Origin: a virus
Strand: one strand, 5' to 3'
DNA length: 64,000 bases
IMG/VR virus record: IMGVR_UViG_3300021964_007043
Shown here piece after piece: positions 21,001 to 28,051 of this stretch. Below the pieces are notes generated by a model. That model saw only the letters and a program-made list of their open reading frames with translations. It was not told the DNA's origin and did no database searches. The position numbers were made by a program, and so were the translations under genes. Numbering within the stretch: position 1 is the stretch's first letter; every line of letters starts with the position of its first letter.

Positions 21001-23854
21001 TATGACAGTAGTACGTAAACACAGACACAAGTTCTGAACGCCCAACATTATCAGCCCAGTAGCCAATACCATCACTTAAGATTTGTGTAAAGTCGTTAGC
21101 AACTATTGATTTGTTGCCGCCTGTGTGTAATGCTCCGTCAACTTTCATGCCTATACAACCAGTACCAAAAGTAGTAACATTTTGTACATATGGTGACTTA
21201 TTAGTAATCCAAACTGAGCTATCTCCTGGACCTGTACCAGGATCAAGACTTACAAATGCACCGGCTGTTGGTCTTCTAGTAAGATATTCATTTGGAGCGC
21301 CTAGTGTTCCATATAATCCTTGTAGTGTACAGTTTCTTAGTCCTGAACCATTATGCATGTAAAACATATCACTAGATTCATAACCTTCTGCAGGTTGAAT
21401 ATTTGTGCTTCTTAACTCATCTCCAACAAGTGCTGTATCTTTAGGAATAACAATAGGTAGAACTTCTTCGTAAACACCAGTTCCAACAAAAACTGTTGCA
21501 GGTGTTCTATTAACTGTATCTGCAGAAATCCAATCCATTGCATACTTAATAGTTCTAAATGCACTTGTAGCTTGTGTACCTGCTGTAGGTATATCTTGTC
21601 CTTCTACACTTACATAGAAAACGTTTTTAATAACACCGTAATCTGACCAAGTAGGTAATGCATTTACTTGCTGTAGAGGTTGTCCTGGTGTTCCAATAGC
21701 AAGACGTTCTTTGCCTACAGGTGCATCATAAATCTGCATATCTCCTCGGTATACAAGAACGTTTGTAGGTGTACCTTGGATAAACACTTCCCAGAAAGTT
21801 AAATCTGGTTGTAGTGTTTCTAAATCTGGTCTACTTTCACTGTTTGCACTATAATGTCTTTCGGTACAACGATATAGTGTACCTGCATATAATGCGATAT
21901 CACCTAAGAAATATTCTGTATTATCTTGCCACTCTGCTCTGTAAAATGTTTCATCAACAAGTAGCTGCCAAGTACTTGATCCTTCTTCGGCTGCTAGTGC
22001 ATCTGCAGGATATGTTGTAATAGTGCCTGCGCGGTACGCTTCTTGAGCTGCTTGTATAGCATAAGCTAATGGTTCGTTATATATTGTAGATCCGTCGCCT
22101 TCAGCTAGTGCTACATCAGCGTCATCTATTACTCCGTCTTTATTTAAATCTCCGTATTTAAATCCGGTGTCTGGGTCAACGCTATCCCAAAATAATACTA
22201 AGTCTGTTGATGTGCCGCTGTCTATGATTTCTTGTATTACTTCACCGTATGTACTAGCACCATCAATATGATCTTTTAGTGTAAACAACTGATCAGGATA
22301 AACTGCTTGACTATCTTTGACTGCTTGATAAAGATAGCCGTTAGTTCTTATTACATCACCTGTTCTGTAAGCCGTTGTAATATCCCAATCACCTTTGTGA
22401 GTAAATCCTGTTGTTAAAACTTCCCAATCACCTGTATTTTGTGCTAACAAGTTTATGCTAGGAATACTACCGATATTATTTGTTAGTGCTGTATATGAAT
22501 ATCCGCCATATTTGACTACATCGCCTTTGTTGTATTCAGTTAGCGTATCCCATTCAGCTTCATATTGTAATCCTGGAGCCCATTCAGTCCAGTTTGATTC
22601 GTCAGATCTTAAACTTTCATTTCCTGATGTATGATAAGTGCTACATATCCATAACCCAGCACCGTATTTTACAACGTCATTAATTTTATACCTTGTACCT
22701 GTTGTCCAAAATCCTTTGTAATCTATTCCTATATGTACTTCATTCCATAGAGATTGATTTGCTTCTAACCCTAATAATGCATCATCTGCAGATGTATGGT
22801 GTGTATTTGCTCTATAAACTTTACCACCGTATCTAACTACATCGTCAAATCTATATACAGTTACAGGTTGCCAATCACCTCTCCAGTTATCTGAGCGTGT
22901 TACAATGCTCCATTTACTTAAATCGTCTGCAAGTCCGTCGTTTGCTGATACAGCTGATAGATGTTTTTCTATACATATGTAAACTACACCATTTTCTCTA
23001 ACAACATCACCTAAATCGTAGTATGTAGATACTTGCCATTCGCTTGTCCAGTTATAAGTAGTTGCATACAAAACCCAGCTAGTAATATCTCCTGGCAATC
23101 CAACAGCGGTTGATGATGAAGAAATATGACTAGTTATACACTGGTATACATAACCTTTGTACTTAACAATATCACCTTCTGAATAGAATGTTCCAATATT
23201 CCAATCACCCTTCCAAGTGTAACCGTCAAACATTAGTTCCCACATACTAGAATAACGTGTATCTAGTTTGTTACCCATGCCTGTGTGATTTTCACAGTAG
23301 TAATATAGTTTTGCTGGTCCTGTTGCAGGAAGTGTTACTTCAATAGTTCTTTCTTCAGCTGCTGCAAATCCATCGATATATGCTTGTCTGTCAGCAACTT
23401 CTACAGCGTCTAACTTGTAGACAACACCAGTTGTCCAGATGTCGCCGCCTTCATGTAATCCATCTAGTGTACCACTAAACTGCAAATAGTGAGGATTATC
23501 TTCCTGTTCTTCAGTTTCAGCATCTATTGCTCCGCCAAACTTTAAGTTAGAAATATCTGATTGATCAAAAATGTATTTTCGAGTTTTGTTCATAACTTGA
23601 ACTGGCTTTTCTACACCGTTAAACTTAAATACATTTTGTCCTGTTTTTATAGAGCTTTCTGCAACTGTAACTGTAATAGTTACACTGTCTGCAGTGTCTC
23701 TTGAGTCGTAAAAGTTATCAGTAGCTGTATGATTTTCAAGAGCAACATATGCTTTACCCATGTAGCGAACTACATCATCTTTTCTATAAGATCTTTCAGC
23801 TTGCCAGTCACCTGCCCATCTAAACTTTAATCTATCTAACTTAAAATCTGCCAT
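18029..23854 (-). CDS. 1941-aa fibre/spike protein, paralog of 13145..17986, with extra inserted domains
   Basis: Shared MADFKL start, KSPYVQNV(T/S)TFGTGCIG, VANDFTQILSDGIGYW, RLTGHDFLDIG and SDQDGNFRVG blocks. Confidence 0.75.
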   Translation of the reverse strand: MADFKLDRLKFRWAGDWQAERSYRKDDVVRYMGKAYVALENHTATDNFYDSRDTADSVTITVTVAESSIKTGQNVFKFNGVEKPVQVMNKTRKYIFDQSDISNLKFGGAIDAETEEQEDNPHYLQFSGTLDGLHEGGDIWTTGVVYKLDAVEVADRQAYIDGFAAAEERTIEVTLPATGPAKLYYYCENHTGMGNKLDTRYSSMWELMFDGYTWKGDWNIGTFYSEGDIVKYKGYVYQCITSHISSSSTAVGLPGDITSWVLYATTYNWTSEWQVSTYYDLGDVVRENGVVYICIEKHLSAVSANDGLADDLSKWSIVTRSDNWRGDWQPVTVYRFDDVVRYGGKVYRANTHHTSADDALLGLEANQSLWNEVHIGIDYKGFWTTGTRYKINDVVKYGAGLWICSTYHTSGNESLRSDESNWTEWAPGLQYEAEWDTLTEYNKGDVVKYGGYSYTALTNNIGSIPSINLLAQNTGDWEVLTTGFTHKGDWDITTAYRTGDVIRTNGYLYQAVKDSQAVYPDQLFTLKDHIDGASTYGEVIQEIIDSGTSTDLVLFWDSVDPDTGFKYGDLNKDGVIDDADVALAEGDGSTIYNEPLAYAIQAAQEAYRAGTITTYPADALAAEEGSSTWQLLVDETFYRAEWQDNTEYFLGDIALYAGTLYRCTERHYSANSESRPDLETLQPDLTFWEVFIQGTPTNVLVYRGDMQIYDAPVGKERLAIGTPGQPLQQVNALPTWSDYGVIKNVFYVSVEGQDIPTAGTQATSAFRTIKYAMDWISADTVNRTPATVFVGTGVYEEVLPIVIPKDTALVGDELRSTNIQPAEGYESSDMFYMHNGSGLRNCTLQGLYGTLGAPNEYLTRRPTAGAFVSLDPGTGPGDSSVWITNKSPYVQNVTTFGTGCIGMKVDGALHTGGNKSIVANDFTQILSDGIGYWADNVGRSELVSVFTYYCHIGYLCTNGGIVRATNGNNSYGLYGSVAEGFDENEVPIEATVDNQHNEAQVDEAFTYGTIRQEIFALGYSHAGQDYSTASIEFGGSGELGFGEYDPDEIRDGAVANVRIQARGDSTIPGGLNYTYIVNNAQEGGPGSIRLSAADIGTPELYIGQRISIISGLGVGQYAEITAFNETTKIITVSKESDGSLGWDHYQPGWLIEPILDETTQYAIEPKVTFEEPDFVATAVSAPSSAAWKHVIWGDNEFLAMTEDGQAATSADGTNWSTAGGIVGTGIDVAGVVWNGSKYVAALRTVGNAPTALIAESTDGGSTWPSASSSAPAKNWNSISTLNGNIAILATDGTVVSWNGTAWVNSQINGGRGPAQVKWTSVGALESKYWVNWENMVTDMTAASAGTNTGERHQFWLDIPTNQVYEIGDINHDSSFNATDVALATGWGKSDATITTAQAARLESIETRAIERQIRTGDLPDEWFSKGIFLAVDADYGYVAWSADGHYWRTIDGTNITPAVSNPRLAPAYEMTDNAYGNNRLVFIGREADDSAGGYIPTPYTFDGEEWGTGFIEFGDLHRISYGAGVFIATGTSTFVGKSQSGATWRTYGDDSSNYSTTELGFWEGSAYRAGQWVVVQNDSDTWNKIETGARPIGRAKVEASRLTGINLYDSGSNYTSAPTVNIYDNVATISTIPQINLRDGVLPQPKLLYRGQGYVQFGATISGNGFAEIYQIGKNFKVEGLTTIPGPGANLEINGIDEVRFSISKVVSFSGTAPNFTATFEITPTIDVEESPDHGTGMIIRERYSQIRLTGHDFLDIGSGNFGDTQYPLRYVEGVTDINELQPFNETVANGGGRVFYTSSDQDGNFRVGELFEVEQATGIVTINASQFDLSGLTELSLGGIQVGGSAVVIREFSKEPSFIANSNNIVPTQRAIKTYIESRISGGGSNVQTNALVAGQVRLQQNNIDTTSGNPIIVPPVMNVNGGVDGHYFASMFYTMGQHE

Positions 23855-23865
23855 TTGCGCTCTCT

Positions 23866-24249
23866 TTAATAATCTTCTTCACTGTCTGATGCTGATAACG
23901 GATCATATGTGTAGTTACGGTTAACTCTTGCAACTAACTGTCCGTCTGCATCAACATAGTACATTATATTTCTATTATCCCATTTAAACTGTTCGTAGTT
24001 TAAGTTTTCAAAAACTTTTTTGTGAGTATTATCTCTACCTTCAAAAAAGTTTTGTCCTTCTTCAAGGTTGTCAAAGTTGTCTTCAGGATCTCCTGGCATA
24101 TTAATAGCTAAACTAGAATCAGGTTGCATTTGATCAAGTTTGCCAAACCATAGTTCACCTTGGTCGGTTCTTTTGAGACCATACAAGTAACGCTTTCCGA
24201 AACTTTGTACTATCTCTCCTGGTGTTTGTCCTGTATAGTTTGTAGACAT
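23866..24249 (-). CDS. Hypothetical virion protein, 127 aa
   Basis: ORF with AGGA RBS, tightly packed in the operon. Confidence 0.75.
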   Translation of the reverse strand: MSTNYTGQTPGEIVQSFGKRYLYGLKRTDQGELWFGKLDQMQPDSSLAINMPGDPEDNFDNLEEGQNFFEGRDNTHKKVFENLNYEQFKWDNRNIMYYVDADGQLVARVNRNYTYDPLSASDSEEDY

Positions 24250-24258
24250 CTTTATTCC

Positions 24259-24588
24259 TTAAACAATATTCACATAACTTATTACTGCATCAAATCCCTC
24301 AGTTGTATCGCTTAATAGATACAGCTGATTTTCTGGTGCTAATATTAACTTTTCTCCCGCACTTAGAGCACGTAAACTCGTATTAGGGGGTATTTGTACA
24401 TCTTTGAGCCAGTAGCCTTCAACACTAGTGTCGTCGTGGACTAAAACACTAGCAAAAACAGTATTGTCTGTAAGATTTGCTAAACTTAGTCCAATAATAG
24501 TAGAGCGTGTACCTGCATCTGTTTCGATTGCAAGTATTGGTGTTGTTCCTACTTCTTTAATAACTTTGTTTAAAAATACTGTTGCCAT
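24259..24588 (-). CDS. Small adaptor-like virion protein (109 aa)
   Basis: Paralog of the 106-aa and 111-aa ORFs; begins 3 nt after the stop of the 1107-aa protein. Confidence 0.7.
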   Translation of the reverse strand: MATVFLNKVIKEVGTTPILAIETDAGTRSTIIGLSLANLTDNTVFASVLVHDDTSVEGYWLKDVQIPPNTSLRALSAGEKLILAPENQLYLLSDTTEGFDAVISYVNIV

Positions 24589-24591
24589 TTC

Positions 24592-27500
24592 TTATCCTAG
24601 TGTTAATACGTACTCTACAGCCAAATCTTCAGCTTGGTTAAATGTAATCGAACCAGTTGCACCTGCGACTGACACCCAACTAAGCCCGTCCCATATTTCC
24701 AAATATCCTTGTTCGCTATTAAAGCGAGTCATTCCAGTTTCTCTATAAGCTGGTACAGGACGTTCACTGTTATCACCTACTGGTACAACAAATCCACCTG
24801 TTCCTTCAAACTTAAAATATCCTGATCCGGACTGTTGGAAGTATAAGACTCCGTTGCTAGTAGTATTTATTATACTACTGTCTTTGAAGGCTAATTCATC
24901 TATAGCAACCTGTCCTGTTCCGTTTGCACTTAATAAAAGATCAGTATTAGTTGTTATAGTTTCAATAACGTTACCATCTATTCTAATATCGTCAACTTCG
25001 ATAATAGGTGTTTCTAGCTTTACACTATCCATAGTTGCTATTAAATCACCATTTACATAGTATCTAATAACTCCGTCGTTATCACCTGGATTTAGTTCTG
25101 CTGTAATCTTTGAATCTAAATCTAAATCATAAACACCATTAAGTGCAATCCAGTTACCGTCATAACCTTCAAACAAGTTTGTTTCTGTGTTATAACGAAT
25201 CATACCGGTTGCAGGTGTAGGACGTTCTGCTGTAGTTCCTTTAGGTAACTGTAAAGATCCTGTTGAAGTAATCTTTACAACACCGCTATCTGATTCTAAG
25301 TTAATATCACCGCTTAAACTCTCAATAGTGTTGCCGCTTATTCTCAAGTTTCCAGTATCAATCTTTTCACCAGTAATAACAGTAGTGCTTGAACCAGTTG
25401 TAATACTAATACCGTCTGTTGTGTCAATAGCAAGTTCTGTACTTGTAAAATCTACGGTTCCGTCTTCTTGATTTACGTAGAATAGATCACCTACTCTAAA
25501 ATCACCTCTGTGGTCAACTGAACTATATCTTACTTTTGCATTGTTTAGCGCAACTGCTTCGTTTGCTTGAATAACATCTGTTTGGTCGTTATCATCGCCT
25601 TTGCCTGTACCAATGTATGCAAAGTTTTGTGCAATAAGATACATTAGTACGCCGTTGCCGTCACCGTATGCTCCATAGTTACCATACACGTTTGCACTTG
25701 CAATACTGCGTATTTCGCCGCCAAAGTCTGTAGTATCTTTTAAATCAACAAAGTCTGCTGACGCTGATGGACCTGTAAATCTTAAATCTTGTGATACTGT
25801 TGTATCATCTGTTATTGTAACAGAACTATCTACTGCATTGTTAAAGTGTAAAAGTAGCACTGTATTTGCGTCACTAACAAGTTCTCCGCTTGGTGGAGCA
25901 AATGCAACGGTATACTTTGCTTCGCCTTTAACAACTCTTACTTCATCAATGTTACCATCTAAATATTCTGATAATCCACTCCACTTAGAACCAATAATAA
26001 GTGGTTTGGCAGTTCCCATGTTTGTTGAATCTGTTGCTGTATCTTTTACAATACCATCTACAAACAGTTTAAGTGCTGTACCTTCTCTTGAAACTGCAAT
26101 GTGATACCATGTACCTGTGCTTAAAGCTGTTGCGCTTGTTAGCACACTGCTTCCGTTAAGGTAAACATCTGGCTGTCCAGCGTTTAGATTTAAGTAAAGA
26201 CCTACATCTGTATCTGCGCCTGCTCTAAAGTCTAATAAACCTTTTGTACCTGTAACATCATCAAAGTAAAACCAACCTTCTACAGTATAATCATCTGTAC
26301 CAAATCCAAAGTCGTCATTTGATGCTATACCTAAATAATCTTCTGTGCCGTCAAGTTGTAAACTACTAGATCCGTATTTTTTAATACCCGTATCTGTAAC
26401 AGGATTCTGATATCTTGTAACTTCTTTACCGCCGCGGGCTTGTGCTTCCTCTAAACCTGTCAAGTTTCCAGTAATGTAAAACTTACCGTCAGCGTCAACA
26501 CTGTCAATAACACCTGTTGCTAATACAGTAACGTTATCAGTGTCATAATATGTAAATGTTTGTCCTGCTTGTATAGTTCCAGTAACACCACTTACTCTTA
26601 TAGCAGTTTTGCCGGTGCCTTTTAGACCGTTTGCGCTGTCAACAGCATATAACCCTTTGTCCGCATAATATGTAAAACAGTTAAGCCATTCTACTCTAGC
26701 ACCGTTTGTAACTTTAAGTGCTTCTACTCCAGGTGTAATAAATGTTACACTATGGAATAATGCACCTGCTTCAATACTAGAAACACTTGCTTGTTCACCG
26801 TCAATAAGTGCGCCGCCGCCGGCGTCTCCTTCGTCAAACCCTCTCGGATCACTTGCACTTGTTACACTGCCTTTTGTAAGAACTGTAATGTTTCTAATGT
26901 AAGGCGAACGACTAGATACTGTAAATCCGCTATCAAACTCAAATGCGTAACCTGGCGCATAAAAGTCTGCAATAGTTAAATCTTCTACAGTAGATTCACC
27001 GTTTAGTAAGAAGCAACTATTTGTATTTGTAAGAGCAGTAGGAACAATCTTAACACTACGTATGCTATGTCCTTTAACTGTAACACCTGCTGGTATTGTT
27101 AAAGGAAATGTTTCTTCGTAAGTTCCTGGAAAAATATGTATAGTGTCGCCATTTACTGCTGCACTTAGAGCTTGTCCTACACTTGCAAACGGATCGTTTG
27201 GATGATCTCCTGAATAAGTATCGTCGCCGTTTTCAGCAACATAGTAAATGTTACCTTGGCGAAGTGCTAGGTCAACACCTGCAACAATAAGTTCTGTAGC
27301 CCTAACTGTTCCCGCATAAAGGTCTCTAACTTGTACGTCAGCCCATTGTTTTGTTGCGCTACCTAATGAATAAGTGTCTGTTGCATCTGGAATAATATCT
27401 GACGCAACTTCTGCGTTAAAAATAACATCGTCGGTGTCTGCATCACCAATAGTAATATCGCCTTCTGCTGTGATACTTCCTGTAGCTACAATGTTACCAT

Positions 27501-27915
27501 AAACATTTGTGTTTGCAAATATTTCTACACTACCTGTTCCGTTAGGAGCAAACTCAATATTTGAGTTTGATACTGTAGTTTCAATTTGATTATTTCTTAA
27601 TCTTAAATCATCAATAAGTAGAGTACTTTGATATACAACATTGTCTGCTGTTCCTAAGTTTAAAGGACTTGCATAAGTTGTAATAAGATTGTTTGATATT
27701 CTAATGTCACCAATTTCAGCAAAGTCTGCTATCTCTGCTCCTGGTGCTCTAAGTGTTCCGTTAACGTCTAAATCATATTGAGGTGTGCTAGTCTTGATAC
27801 CAACACGGCTGTTTACAACATCTAAGTATAGAAGGTCTGTCTCAAAAGCAAGGTTTACACCTTCACGAAGAAGGTTTTGCTTTAAGAGCGGACCCGATAT
27901 GCGACCTATAGCCAT
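24592..27915 (-). CDS. 1107-aa fibre protein with a LamG/concanavalin-like insert
   Basis: LQLDGTEDYL...TVEGWFY...WYHIAVSREG...LFVDG...GNIDEVRVVKG...LLLHF LamG signature at ~25840-26390; paralog of 28052..30550. Confidence 0.75.
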   Translation of the reverse strand: MAIGRISGPLLKQNLLREGVNLAFETDLLYLDVVNSRVGIKTSTPQYDLDVNGTLRAPGAEIADFAEIGDIRISNNLITTYASPLNLGTADNVVYQSTLLIDDLRLRNNQIETTVSNSNIEFAPNGTGSVEIFANTNVYGNIVATGSITAEGDITIGDADTDDVIFNAEVASDIIPDATDTYSLGSATKQWADVQVRDLYAGTVRATELIVAGVDLALRQGNIYYVAENGDDTYSGDHPNDPFASVGQALSAAVNGDTIHIFPGTYEETFPLTIPAGVTVKGHSIRSVKIVPTALTNTNSCFLLNGESTVEDLTIADFYAPGYAFEFDSGFTVSSRSPYIRNITVLTKGSVTSASDPRGFDEGDAGGGALIDGEQASVSSIEAGALFHSVTFITPGVEALKVTNGARVEWLNCFTYYADKGLYAVDSANGLKGTGKTAIRVSGVTGTIQAGQTFTYYDTDNVTVLATGVIDSVDADGKFYITGNLTGLEEAQARGGKEVTRYQNPVTDTGIKKYGSSSLQLDGTEDYLGIASNDDFGFGTDDYTVEGWFYFDDVTGTKGLLDFRAGADTDVGLYLNLNAGQPDVYLNGSSVLTSATALSTGTWYHIAVSREGTALKLFVDGIVKDTATDSTNMGTAKPLIIGSKWSGLSEYLDGNIDEVRVVKGEAKYTVAFAPPSGELVSDANTVLLLHFNNAVDSSVTITDDTTVSQDLRFTGPSASADFVDLKDTTDFGGEIRSIASANVYGNYGAYGDGNGVLMYLIAQNFAYIGTGKGDDNDQTDVIQANEAVALNNAKVRYSSVDHRGDFRVGDLFYVNQEDGTVDFTSTELAIDTTDGISITTGSSTTVITGEKIDTGNLRISGNTIESLSGDINLESDSGVVKITSTGSLQLPKGTTAERPTPATGMIRYNTETNLFEGYDGNWIALNGVYDLDLDSKITAELNPGDNDGVIRYYVNGDLIATMDSVKLETPIIEVDDIRIDGNVIETITTNTDLLLSANGTGQVAIDELAFKDSSIINTTSNGVLYFQQSGSGYFKFEGTGGFVVPVGDNSERPVPAYRETGMTRFNSEQGYLEIWDGLSWVSVAGATGSITFNQAEDLAVEYVLTLG

Positions 27916-28028
27916 CTCTTCTCCTCAATACGGGGATCCTGTCCCTCTAGCCAAATTCTCATCCCTTAGGCTCTTTGCTGGCTAACCACAGTTTGGACCT
28001 GCAGGACAATGGTCGCTGTACTGCATTA
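27916..28028 (-). promoter_or_regulatory. ~110-nt structured 5' leader (candidate cis-regulatory RNA)
   Basis: Lies between the late promoter (28032-39) and the GAGGAG RBS; helices TGCAG/CTGCA, TAGCCA/TGGCTA, GGGA/TCCC. Confidence 0.45.
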
Positions 28029-28051
28029 ATAGTATTTATCGTTTTTGGAGA

